A program made the position numbers and the translations under genes. DNA of 64,000 nucleotides from Myxococcota bacterium. Lineage in GTDB: Bacteria > Myxococcota_A > UBA9160 > UBA4427. Positions 10,759 through 20,044 of the stretch are shown in pieces. Positions within the stretch are counted from its first letter, which is position 1; every line of letters begins with the position of its first letter. The notes below the pieces were generated by a model that saw nothing but the letters and a program-made list of their open reading frames with translations, ran no database searches and was not told the DNA's origin. The stretch lies in assembly GCA_965250285.1 (NCBI GenBank), contig OZ252299.1, positions 4,608,001 to 4,672,000 on the forward strand, given 5' to 3'.

Positions 10759-11094
10759 TCATGGGCCGTCGTCCTCGAGGCCACCTCGGGTGATCAGGTG
10801 TGCGAACCCGACGAGCAGCGGGGCCGTGATCAGCGCCGCGACCCCGAGCCCCGCCCGGCCGAGCGTCTCGACCCGCGCAGCCCAGGCCGCCAGCAGCAGA
10901 ACCAGGGCCCCGAAGGCGACGAACAGCGCGGCGTAGACCTGGAAACGCGCGAGCGCGCGCAGCGAGTCGACCGGCGCGTCGGGCGGATCGCGGCGTGGGC
11001 GCCGGGGCGCGACGCGCACGTGAAAGAGCACGAGCAGGCCAGCGATCAGGCCGCCGACGGCGGTCAGCGTGAGCAGCGCCGCGTAGTCGCCCAT
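10759..11094 (-). CDS. nuoA: NuoA-like subunit (divergent)
   Basis: 111 aa with three hydrophobic segments; RFQVYAALFVAF..LVLLLAAWA and C-terminal RGGLE match the NuoA pattern; first gene of the operon. Confidence 0.72.
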   Translation of the reverse strand: MGDYAALLTLTAVGGLIAGLLVLFHVRVAPRRPRRDPPDAPVDSLRALARFQVYAALFVAFGALVLLLAAWAARVETLGRAGLGVAALITAPLLVGFAHLITRGGLEDDGP

Positions 11095-11342
11095 GCGCCT
11101 CCCCGCGCCCGCACGGATCGGTCTGCGCACACGGGTCGGCAGACGCCGAGCGTGGGCAGCGTGCGTGCATTCGGGGGGTTCGAGGGGGGACGACGAGACA
11201 GGCCTCGTCGTCGAAAAACGTAGCCCGGCGAGCCCCGAAGCGTCAACGAGATTGGGCGGCTCCGCGGGCGGGCGGCGTGGCGGACGGGCTCGGTGCGACC
11301 CGTGCACGGTCATTCGAGGCGGGGTGTGGTATCTCGGCGGGG

Positions 11343-12356
11343 ATGAATGTGCCCATCACCGTCCTCGGCTCCGGCAGCTTCGGCACCTGCCTCGCGATCC
11401 TCTGCGCGCGCGAGAACCCGGTTCGATTGTGGTCGCGATCGCAGAAGGTCGTCGACGCGATCAACGAGACGCGTCGCAATCCGCAGTACCTGACTGAATT
11501 CGAGCTGCCCGAGTCGGTCGAGGCCACGGCCGATCTGGCCACGGCGCTCGAGGGCAGTGAGATGATCGTCATCGCCGTGCCGAGTCACGGGTTGCGTGAG
11601 GTGATGGCCAAGGCCGCCCCGTTCATCCCCGACGGCGCGATTCTCGTCTCGACCGTCAAGGGCATCGAGTACGAGACCGGGATGACGATGCATCAGGTGC
11701 TCGAGGACGTGGTGCCCGAGACGCACCATCGCAAGATCGTGGCGCTCTCGGGCCCCTCTTTCGCCCGCGAGATCGCGGAGCACCGCGCCACCGTCGTCAC
11801 CGTCGCCTGCGCCGACGAGGCCTTCGCCATCGCCGTGCAGGAGACGCTCTCCTGCCCCTGGTTTCGCTGTTACTCGAGCACCGACGTGATGGGCGTCGAG
11901 ATCGGCGGCGCCCTCAAGAACGTGATCGCGATCGCCGTGGGCATGAGCGACGGCATGGACGGTTCGCTCAACAGCCGCGCGGCGCTCATGACCCGGGGCC
12001 TGGCCGAGATCGCGCGCCTCGCCGAGCGGCTCGGCGGCGATCCGACGACGCTGCACGGACTCTCGGGCATGGGCGATCTCGTGCTGACGTGCACCGGCGA
12101 CCTCTCGCGCAATCGGCGGGTCGGCCTCGCGCTCGGCCGAGGTCAGCGCCTCGAGGAGATCATTCGCGACCTGGGCGAGGTGGCCGAGGGGGTGCGGACG
12201 ACCCAGGCGGCCTGCCGGCTCGCGGCGCGCGTCGGCGTCGAGCTGCCGATCTGCGAGATGGTGCGGCAGGTGATCGACGGCGAGATCACGCCGACCCGCG
12301 CGGGCACCGAGCTCATGAACCGCCAGCTCGGCAGCGAGCGAGGCGGCGGCCGCTAG
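11343..12356 (+). CDS. gpsA: NAD(P)H-dependent glycerol-3-phosphate dehydrogenase
   Basis: GSGSFGT, LSGPSFA, GVEIGGALKNVIAIA, GMGDLVLTC, SRNRRVG. Confidence 0.97.
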   Translation: MNVPITVLGSGSFGTCLAILCARENPVRLWSRSQKVVDAINETRRNPQYLTEFELPESVEATADLATALEGSEMIVIAVPSHGLREVMAKAAPFIPDGAILVSTVKGIEYETGMTMHQVLEDVVPETHHRKIVALSGPSFAREIAEHRATVVTVACADEAFAIAVQETLSCPWFRCYSSTDVMGVEIGGALKNVIAIAVGMSDGMDGSLNSRAALMTRGLAEIARLAERLGGDPTTLHGLSGMGDLVLTCTGDLSRNRRVGLALGRGQRLEEIIRDLGEVAEGVRTTQAACRLAARVGVELPICEMVRQVIDGEITPTRAGTELMNRQLGSERGGGR

Positions 12357-12470
12357 CGGCGTTCGAAGCGAGACAGCGTGCAGCGCGTCACTTTGCGACC
12401 GTGTTCGCCAATCGAAAACCGAGCCGGAAGCGCTGCCGCAAGTCCCCTCCAACGCTACGGTTTCGCGATC

Positions 12471-12764
12471 ATGAAATCGAATTTCAACGAGGGCGACGCG
12501 GGCGAGCGCGTCTTCTCGCTCGATCAGGCTCAGCCGGGCACCGAGGTGGTGGTCGAACGCATCGATCTCGACCATGCCCCGGTCGGCCGTCGTCTCGTCG
12601 ACCTGGGCCTGCTCCCCGAGACGCGCCTGAAGGTCGTGCGGCGCGCCCCGCTCGGCGACCCCACGGAGTTCGCCCTGCGCGGCTACCGGCTGTGTCTCCG
12701 CCGCAGCGACGCGGCCCAGATCTGGGTGCGCGAGAGCCCCGCCCCCTCACAGGACGACGCGTGA
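12471..12764 (+). CDS. feoA: Ferrous iron transport protein A
   Basis: RRLVDLGLLP, RAPLGDP, RGYRLCLRR. Confidence 0.93.
   Translation: MKSNFNEGDAGERVFSLDQAQPGTEVVVERIDLDHAPVGRRLVDLGLLPETRLKVVRRAPLGDPTEFALRGYRLCLRRSDAAQIWVRESPAPSQDDA
12472..12486. promoter_or_regulatory. Candidate Fur-like iron-regulator box
   Basis: AT-rich inverted repeat TGAAAT-CGA-ATTTCA at the start of feoAB in a very GC-rich background. Confidence 0.5.
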
Positions 12765-12816
12765 TCGACGCCCTGCTCGAAGCCCGCGCATGGCCCCTGG
12801 TGCAGAGGACGATCGC

Positions 12817-14697
12817 TTGAGCGACGCGACGCTCACTCTCGGACTGGTCGGCAGCCCGAACGCGGGCAAGACGACCCTCTTCAACGCGCTGACCGGTCTG
12901 CGCGCGAAGGTGGGGAACTACCCCGGCGTCACGGTCGAGCGGCGCGAGGGACGGGTTCAGCTCGGAGATCACGCTGCGCGTCTGATCGACCTGCCGGGCA
13001 CCTACTCGCTCGATCCGCTGAGCCCCGATGAAGCCGTGGTCAACGAGGTGCTCGACGGACGCATCGACGGCCTGGCGGCCCCCGAGGCCCTGGTCGTCGT
13101 CGCCGACGCGTGCTCGCTCGAGCGATCGCTGCTGCTGGTCGGGCAGGTGCTGCGGCGTGAGCAGCCGACGGTGCTGGTGCTGACGATGTACGACGAGCTC
13201 GCCGCGCGCGGGGGGGAGCTCGACCTTCCGCGCCTCGAAGACGCCCTCGGCGTGCCGGTGGTGCCCGTGGTCGGCCACAAGGGCGTCGGCCTCGAGCGGC
13301 TGCGCACCCTGCTCGGCGATCCGAGCGGATGGTCTCGCCCCGCCCTGCTGCCGCCCGAGACGACCGAAGAGCGGGCGGCGTGGGTCTCGTCGATCCTCGA
13401 CCACGTCGTGACCGACGCGCCGCGCGACCACGACCTGACCGAGCGCATCGACCGCGTCGTCCTGCACCCGGTGGCCGGCCCCCTGCTGTTCGTGGCCGTG
13501 ATGGTGACGTTCTTCCAGCTGATCTTCGCCTGGGCGAGCCCCGCGATGGACGCGATCGACGCAGGCGTCGGCGTGCTGGCGTCGGGGGCGCGCGGCGTGC
13601 TGCCACCGGGGCTCGTCGCCGACTTCGTCGCCGATGGCCTCATCGCGGGGGTCGGGTCGGTCGTGATCTTCGTCCCGCAGATCACGCTGCTCTTCGGGTT
13701 GCTCTACCTGCTCGAGGACGTGGGCTACATGGCACGCGCCGCCTTCGTCGTCGACCGCGCCATGGGTCGCATCGGCCTCGAGGGCCGCGCGTTCGTCGCG
13801 CTGCTCTCGTCGTACGCCTGCGCGGTGCCGGGCATCATGGCGACCCGCACGATCCCCTCGCCCCGAGACCGTCTGGTCACGATCCTCGTCGCCCCCTTGA
13901 TGACGTGCTCGGCGCGGCTGCCGGTATACGCGCTGCTGATCGGCGCATTCGTGCCCGAGCGCACGCTCGCGGGCTTCATCGGCCTGCAGGGCCTCGTGCT
14001 CTTCGCGCTCTATTTCGTCGCGCCGGTCTTCGCGATGATCGTTGCGGCCCTGCTCAAGCGGACGATCGCGCGCAGCGACGCGATGCCCTTCGTGATGGAG
14101 CTGCCCACGTATCGGGTGCCCACCTTCAAGCTCTGGGGCGCGCAGCTGTGGCGCAGTGTCTCGGCCTTCTTGAAGCGCGCAGGCACGATCATCCTGCTCG
14201 CCTCGATGGTGCTCTGGGTGCTGCTCACGTTCCCCCACGTCGAGCCGCCCGCCGGGCTGGACGAAGAGCAGGCCGCTTCATACGCCCTCGAGAACAGCTT
14301 CGCCGGACGGGTCGGACATGCCATCGAGCCCGCCATCGAACCGCTCGGCTTCGACTGGAAGATCGGCGTCGGACTCGTCGCCAGCCTCGCCGCACGCGAG
14401 GTCATCGTGGCGACGCTGGCGCAGATCTACGCCGCCACAGACGAAGACGCGTCGCTCCGCGGCGCGATCCGCAGGGACATCGATCCGCGCACGGGCGAGC
14501 GCGTCTTCGGCCCGGCCACCGTCGGGTCACTGCTCGTCTTCTTCGTGTTCGCGCTGCAGTGCGTCTCGACGATCGCGATCATCGCGCGCGAGACGAACTC
14601 GTGGCGCTGGCCCTTGTTCGCGTTCACGTATCTGCTCGTGCTCGCCTACGGGGCATCGTTCGTCACCTATCGCGTGGTCAGCGCGTTGACCGCGTGA
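12817..14697 (+). CDS. feoB: Ferrous iron transporter B
   Basis: GSPNAGKTTLFN, VGNYPGVTVE, DLPGTYSL, CAVPGIMATR, CSARLP; TTG start after GAGGA (alternative ATG 12790). Confidence 0.96.
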   Translation: MSDATLTLGLVGSPNAGKTTLFNALTGLRAKVGNYPGVTVERREGRVQLGDHAARLIDLPGTYSLDPLSPDEAVVNEVLDGRIDGLAAPEALVVVADACSLERSLLLVGQVLRREQPTVLVLTMYDELAARGGELDLPRLEDALGVPVVPVVGHKGVGLERLRTLLGDPSGWSRPALLPPETTEERAAWVSSILDHVVTDAPRDHDLTERIDRVVLHPVAGPLLFVAVMVTFFQLIFAWASPAMDAIDAGVGVLASGARGVLPPGLVADFVADGLIAGVGSVVIFVPQITLLFGLLYLLEDVGYMARAAFVVDRAMGRIGLEGRAFVALLSSYACAVPGIMATRTIPSPRDRLVTILVAPLMTCSARLPVYALLIGAFVPERTLAGFIGLQGLVLFALYFVAPVFAMIVAALLKRTIARSDAMPFVMELPTYRVPTFKLWGAQLWRSVSAFLKRAGTIILLASMVLWVLLTFPHVEPPAGLDEEQAASYALENSFAGRVGHAIEPAIEPLGFDWKIGVGLVASLAAREVIVATLAQIYAATDEDASLRGAIRRDIDPRTGERVFGPATVGSLLVFFVFALQCVSTIAIIARETNSWRWPLFAFTYLLVLAYGASFVTYRVVSALTA

Positions 14698-14750
14698 GCC
14701 ACTGCGTCGGGCGGCGGCGCGGCGCCTCGCGTCGGTGCCGGCCGCTCGGC

Positions 14751-14759
14751 TGCTAAGGT
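14751..14759 (+). promoter_or_regulatory. Extended -10 element of a probable leaderless gene
   Basis: TGCTAAGGT, then 6 nt, then the ATG at 14766; no Shine-Dalgarno sequence. Confidence 0.5.
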
Positions 14760-14765
14760 CTTGTC

Positions 14766-15689
14766 ATGCTTCGACGTCGCCGCTCATTCGTCCGTTTCGT
14801 GACGCTGCTCTGCGCCGGGCTCACGCTCGCGGTGCTCTTCGGCACCGGCTGCGCGACGCGGCCCCGAGACGACCGCATCATCAACCGCTACGGCCTCAAC
14901 GTCTACCTGCGGAGCGATCGCAAGCTCTTCGGCAAGCCGCTCGATCGTGGCTACGCGCAGCCTTCCGACATCCCGGTCGAGCGGCTGCGCGTGATCCTGG
15001 GCAGCCTCGAGATCGAGCGGCGCGAGCGGGCACGCACGGTGCTCGAGCCGGCAATCCCGGCCGAGATCCTCAACCCGGTCAGCGCGGGCGTCGCCGAGGC
15101 GTTTCGCGAGGCGACCCCGGCCGATCGCATCGTGGTGATGGCCGAGCGCAAGCAGATGCAGAAGAAGATCTTCGATCGCAAGTTTCTCACCACGTTCGTC
15201 ACGTGGATGGAGGGCGACGAGCTGATCGTCCATCTCTCGCGCGCCGACTGGCCGATCGACGAGAAGCGCAAGGGCGAGCTGCCCCGGCCGCACGCGAACA
15301 ATCCCCAGCAGAAGTTCAGGCTCGTGACGAACGAGTTCGTCCACGCGTCGGGCAAGACCGGCGTGGCCATCGACTGGAAGAGCGACGTGTTCGGTAGCTT
15401 TGCGAAGGCGTCCGAGCTGCGCGGCGCACCGGTCTCGGCCGCAGCGTCGGGCGGTGCGGCGGCGAGCGGTGCCGTCGCCGGCGCCGGCGAGAAGACGGTG
15501 CTGATGGAGGCCGAGCCCGAGAAGCCGCCCGCCTCTGCGCCGCTCACCAGCGCGCAGCTCGAGGGGCTCGACGCCGACGACCTGCGTTGGCTGGCCGATC
15601 TCGAAGAGTCGCGCGTCGCCGGTGAGATCACCGAGGAGCAGTATCAGCGCCGCCGCGACGCGATCCTCGAGGCCGCTTCGAGCGACTGA
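14766..15689 (+). CDS. Putative lipoprotein with C-terminal SHOCT-like domain
   Basis: Basic plus hydrophobic signal ending GTGC; C-terminal L..L...GEITEEQYQRRRDAIL. Confidence 0.75.
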   Translation: MLRRRRSFVRFVTLLCAGLTLAVLFGTGCATRPRDDRIINRYGLNVYLRSDRKLFGKPLDRGYAQPSDIPVERLRVILGSLEIERRERARTVLEPAIPAEILNPVSAGVAEAFREATPADRIVVMAERKQMQKKIFDRKFLTTFVTWMEGDELIVHLSRADWPIDEKRKGELPRPHANNPQQKFRLVTNEFVHASGKTGVAIDWKSDVFGSFAKASELRGAPVSAAASGGAAASGAVAGAGEKTVLMEAEPEKPPASAPLTSAQLEGLDADDLRWLADLEESRVAGEITEEQYQRRRDAILEAASSD

Positions 15690-16087
15690 GGCCGGCGCGA
15701 TTGCGCTCGCACGCGAACCGTTGGGGGCGAGCGGCGTCTCACTGTCGATGTTGCCGGGCGCTTGCCTGTGGCTGAAGCCCCAGAGGGCAGCGGGCTTGGC
15801 CGAGCGCATCGGAACGTCGGATGACGCGCGCGATCTCGATCGGTTCGAATCTCGATCCGACACCCGCATGGCCCCGTGAGTCACCTACCTGAACCCGCAA
15901 AGAAGCCGCCCCTTTCGCCCCGCCATCGGGCATCATCAGCGGCTCCCGTGACGCGCCCGGACCGTGACTCGATCGCGGAACGCCGGACGTGCATCGACCT
16001 GCCGACCCGGCGGGTCCAAGAGATCCGGCGGCCCTGTGCGCTTCGAACGCGCGCACCCGCCCCACCGAGTACGGAGTACCGCCCTGC

Positions 16088-19000
16088 ATGACCGCGTTCC
16101 AGGTCTTCCTTCTCTGTCTGGTCGCTTTCGTTGCTTCGCGATTCGCGCCCGATCCCTGGAAGGGTCGGCTGGTGAATGTCGCGAAGGCAGCGTTCACGAT
16201 CGCGGCCTTCTGGGCGCTGCTCGCCTACGAGCTCACGAACGCACAGGGCGAGAGGCAGACGGTCTGGTCGATGATCGTCGAGATCTACGAGAACATTCAG
16301 CCCGCGACGTTCTGGTTCTGGGTGCTCGTCGCGACCGGCGTGAAGCTCGTCGGCATCCTGTGCTCGATGTATCGCTGGCAGCTCGTGCTGCGCGGCCAGA
16401 ACATCGAGCTCCCGTTCCGCCACATCTTCGGTTCGTTCATGATCGGCCGTGCGCTCGGCACGTTCCTGCCGAGCACGGCCGGCCTCGACGGCTACACCCT
16501 CTACGACGCGGCGCGCTTCACCGGCCGCACCGTGGAGGTCTCGGCCGGCAAGTTCCTCGAGAAGATCTGCGGCTTCACGGGCGTCTTCCTCACGTTCCTC
16601 GTCACGCTGCCCTTCGGCATCGCGATCCTCGGTGACCTCGCCTGGATGGCGTACGTCTCGGCCGTGATCGCCATCGGGATCATCGGCGGCCTGATGATCG
16701 TGCTCTTCTACCCCGGCGCCGTGCAGTGGGTGCTGACGAACGTGCCGATCCCGGCGAAGGCCCGGCTCGAGGGCATCGTCACCCGCATCAGCGAGAGCGC
16801 CGGCGCCTACCGCGACAAGAAGGGCCTCGTCTTGATGATCTTCGCCATGAGCTTCATGGTGCACTTCACGACGGCGGCCATGTACTACTACACGGCGCTC
16901 GCGATCGGCGCCGAGGGCGCGAAGTTCTGGGAGATCACGTTCGGCTCGTCGATCCAGATCTTCGCCACCGTGATCAGCCCCTTCACGATCGCGGGTGAGG
17001 GCATTCGCGAGGCCGCCCAGGCCCTGCTGCTCCAGAACCAGATCGGCGCGGGCGCGGCCGTCATCTCGGCGGCGCTCGGCTTCTGGGCCGCCGAAGCGCC
17101 GACCATGCTCGGCTTCGTCTTCTGGTGGATCCGACCCGACGACTACAAGCCGGAGTATGCGCGGGTGAACGGCGTGCAGGTCGACTGGGACGAGGCGGCC
17201 AAGGCGTCGGTGGCGCTCGACCCTTCGCGCTCGAAGGAGGAGCTCGAGGCCGAGGTCGGCGCCGCGGCGCCGATGAGCGAGCGCTTGCTGCGCAGCGCGA
17301 GCGTCGGCTGCGGCTCGGGCGTGCTCGCGGGCATCGTGATCGGCCTCGCCGAGACGGCGGTGATCGCCCAGGGCGGCTTCGGCGACGACGCCCAGGTGCT
17401 CTGGTACGGACCGATGATGTACGCGGTCTTCCTCGGCGGCCTGGGCACACTCGGAGGTCTCGTGCTCGGCGTGCTGCCGATGGATCGAGACGAGATCCAG
17501 AGCTGGACGCCGACGCTCGGCTTCGCTGCGTGTCTCGTGCCGTTGGGCCTCTTCGTCACGCTCTTCCGGCTGCGGCGCGACGTCTACCTCGAGCAGATGC
17601 CCCCTGCGCCGGTTCTGGTCGGCGTGCTCGCCGGCTTCGCGCTGCTCACGTTCGTGATCCTCTACTTCGGCCAGCGCTTCTTCGGCTCACGCGTTGGCAT
17701 CATCGCGCGTGCGCCGATCGCGATCGGGCTGCTCGTGCTCGTGATGGGCACCGGGCTGGCGCTGGGCATCGGCTACGGGCCCGACCGAACGCCGCCCGCC
17801 GGCAGCATCGCGAGCGGGTTGGGCGATCGACCCAACATCATCTTGATCATGGTCGACACGCTGCGCGCCGACTATCTGCCCTGCTACGGCGACGAGCAGG
17901 TGTCGGCGCCGCACATCTGCAGCCTCGGCGAAGCAGACGGCGGCATCGTGCTCGACGGCTACAGCCACGCCTCGTGGACGAAGCCCGCGACGGCCAGCCT
18001 GCTGAGCTCGCTCGTGCCCACCACCCACAACGCGATGAGCAAGCCCTCGCGGCTCTCGGACGAAGTCGATTTGGTCTCGGAAGTGATGCAGGCGCAGGGC
18101 TATTCGACCGGCGGCATCGTATCGAACATCAACCTCGCCGAGAGCTTCGGTTTCGATCAGGGCTACAACGAGTACCACTATCTCGCTCCCAGCTACCTGC
18201 TCGGGGCGGACGAGTCGTCGTCGAAGCTCATCCTCTATCAGATCTTTCGGAGCGTCTATCTCGGCGTCTTGAAGAAGGGGATCACGTTCGACGGCTTCTA
18301 TCAGGATTCACGTGTCGTCAACGCCGTTGCCTTCGACTGGCTCGACCGATTCAAGGACGACCGGTTCTATCTCTTCCTCCACTACATGGACGTCCACGAC
18401 CCCTACTTCGAGCATCCCTACGATGGCCGTGGCTTCTCGCGCGTATCGAATCCGTGGCCGAGCCCCGAGCAGACCGAGGATCTCAAGCGGCTGTATCGCG
18501 GCGAGCTCGAGTACCTCGACGAGGGGGTGGGCGAGCTGATCGCGCACCTGAAGCAGCTGGGGATCTACGACGACACGATGATCATCCTCACGGCCGATCA
18601 CGGCGAGGAATTCTACGAGCACGATGGCTGGTGGCACGGTCTCACGCTCTTCGAAGAGCAGATCCACGTGCCGCTGCTGATCAAGCCCGCAAGGGGCCAG
18701 ATGACGCCGCCCTACACGCGCATGGCCCGGCACATCGACGTCGTGCCGACGATCATCGACGTGGCCGGCGCGGCGCAGCCCGAGCGCATGCAGGGCGTCT
18801 CGCTCTACGTGAGCGAGGCCGATCGCAGCTCGAAGGATCGTCAGCACTTCGCCGAAGAGGATCACGAGGGCAACGTGCTGTGGAGCCTCACGGACGAGAC
18901 GATGAACAAGGTGATCGTCGTCGAGAACGGCGGTGCTCACCGCGAGCTCCCCGATGCAGCCGTGTATGACCTCGACGACGACCCCGACGAGGCGCGCAAT

Positions 19001-19174
19001 CTCGCCGAAGACGACCCGCTGCGGCTCGACGAACTCAAGAGCTACGGCGATCTGCAGCGCCGCGCCGCCGAAGGGGAGGCGGTCGAGTCGGGCGGCGACG
19101 TCGAGATGACCCTCGACGAGTGCCTGCAGCTCATGAATCTCGGTTACGTCGAAGACTGCGACCATCTGAACTAG
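16088..19174 (+). CDS. Fusion of a lysylphosphatidylglycerol-synthase-TM (flippase-like) domain and a sulfatase/alkaline-phosphatase-superfamily domain
   Basis: N-terminal RWQLVL, FLPSTAGLDG, PFTIAGEGIRE; C-terminal PNIILIMVDTLRAD, ASWTKPATASLLS, HYMDVHDPY, TADHGEEF, LGY; GGAG upstream of the ATG. Confidence 0.85.
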   Translation: MTAFQVFLLCLVAFVASRFAPDPWKGRLVNVAKAAFTIAAFWALLAYELTNAQGERQTVWSMIVEIYENIQPATFWFWVLVATGVKLVGILCSMYRWQLVLRGQNIELPFRHIFGSFMIGRALGTFLPSTAGLDGYTLYDAARFTGRTVEVSAGKFLEKICGFTGVFLTFLVTLPFGIAILGDLAWMAYVSAVIAIGIIGGLMIVLFYPGAVQWVLTNVPIPAKARLEGIVTRISESAGAYRDKKGLVLMIFAMSFMVHFTTAAMYYYTALAIGAEGAKFWEITFGSSIQIFATVISPFTIAGEGIREAAQALLLQNQIGAGAAVISAALGFWAAEAPTMLGFVFWWIRPDDYKPEYARVNGVQVDWDEAAKASVALDPSRSKEELEAEVGAAAPMSERLLRSASVGCGSGVLAGIVIGLAETAVIAQGGFGDDAQVLWYGPMMYAVFLGGLGTLGGLVLGVLPMDRDEIQSWTPTLGFAACLVPLGLFVTLFRLRRDVYLEQMPPAPVLVGVLAGFALLTFVILYFGQRFFGSRVGIIARAPIAIGLLVLVMGTGLALGIGYGPDRTPPAGSIASGLGDRPNIILIMVDTLRADYLPCYGDEQVSAPHICSLGEADGGIVLDGYSHASWTKPATASLLSSLVPTTHNAMSKPSRLSDEVDLVSEVMQAQGYSTGGIVSNINLAESFGFDQGYNEYHYLAPSYLLGADESSSKLILYQIFRSVYLGVLKKGITFDGFYQDSRVVNAVAFDWLDRFKDDRFYLFLHYMDVHDPYFEHPYDGRGFSRVSNPWPSPEQTEDLKRLYRGELEYLDEGVGELIAHLKQLGIYDDTMIILTADHGEEFYEHDGWWHGLTLFEEQIHVPLLIKPARGQMTPPYTRMARHIDVVPTIIDVAGAAQPERMQGVSLYVSEADRSSKDRQHFAEEDHEGNVLWSLTDETMNKVIVVENGGAHRELPDAAVYDLDDDPDEARNLAEDDPLRLDELKSYGDLQRRAAEGEAVESGGDVEMTLDECLQLMNLGYVEDCDHLN

Positions 19175-19391
19175 GCAGGCCCCTCGTGTCGGCCGACCCG
19201 AAGCTCGAGGCCATGCGCCCGGGCGCATTCGACGCCGCGCGAGCCGGGTGGCGCGCCACGCGCGACGCGGTGGCCCACGCGTGCCGGAATGGGTAGATTC
19301 ATTTGTCCGTGCGAGGCGCCCGGTCTCGCCCATCAACCCAGCCAAGCACCGGCGCGCCGGTCGGCGCATCGCGCAGCAAGGACGACACGAC

Positions 19392-19952
19392 ATGGCCAAC
19401 GAAGAATTCGGACCGCTCGCCGCCCTCATCGGCACCTGGGAAGGCGATCAGGGCGTCAACGTCTCGTACGACTATGCCAAGAAGGGCGTCATCGAGCGCA
19501 CCTACAAAGAGAAGGCCGTCTTCAACATCGTCGGCGACGTCGACAACGGCACGCAGAAGCTCTGGGTCATCGACTACACGACGGCGGCCATCCCGGACGA
19601 CGATCCGAACGGCGACGTCTTCCACACCGAGCTCGGCTACTGGCTCTGGGATCCCCAGCGCGAAGAGGTCATGCGCTGCTTCATGGTGCCGCGCGGCTCG
19701 ACGATCCTCGCGGGCGGCAACTGCAAGCCCGACGCATCGAGCTTCGACATGCGCGCCAAGGCGGGTGATCTCGGCTTCGGCGTACTCTCGAACCCCTACC
19801 TGCTCGAGAACGCCAAGTGCATCGAGTACACGCTGTCGTGCTCGATCAACGACGGCGTCTGGAGCTACGAAGAAGACACGGTGCTCGAGCAGAAGGCGAC
19901 CGGCGAGGTCGTACACCACACCGACAAGAACACGCTGAAGAAGACGGGCTGA
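19392..19952 (+). CDS. Nitrobindin/FABP-like heme-binding beta-barrel protein
   Basis: GPLAALIGTWEG, FHTELGYWLW, PRG, HTDKNTL. Confidence 0.8.
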   Translation: MANEEFGPLAALIGTWEGDQGVNVSYDYAKKGVIERTYKEKAVFNIVGDVDNGTQKLWVIDYTTAAIPDDDPNGDVFHTELGYWLWDPQREEVMRCFMVPRGSTILAGGNCKPDASSFDMRAKAGDLGFGVLSNPYLLENAKCIEYTLSCSINDGVWSYEEDTVLEQKATGEVVHHTDKNTLKKTG

Positions 19953-19986
19953 GCCCCACGCTCGCACGGCATCGAGGCTGCACTCG

Positions 19987-20020
19987 AACGCCGCATCGGC
20001 CTCGGCCGGTGCGGCGTTTT
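19987..20020. terminator. Probable intrinsic terminator between convergent genes
   Basis: AACGCCGCATCGGCC / GGCCGGTGCGGCGTT inverted repeat (one G-U pair) ending in a short T run. Confidence 0.6.
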
Positions 20021-20044
20021 GCGTTCGGGGCCTCGGCCCGCGAA

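Noticed and set aside
3670..11094. Interpreting the cluster as an Mrp antiporter or hydrogenase-4 module
   Set aside because: It has NuoA-, NuoH- and NuoJ-like genes in nuo order, and no MrpE/F/G or hydrogenase subunits.
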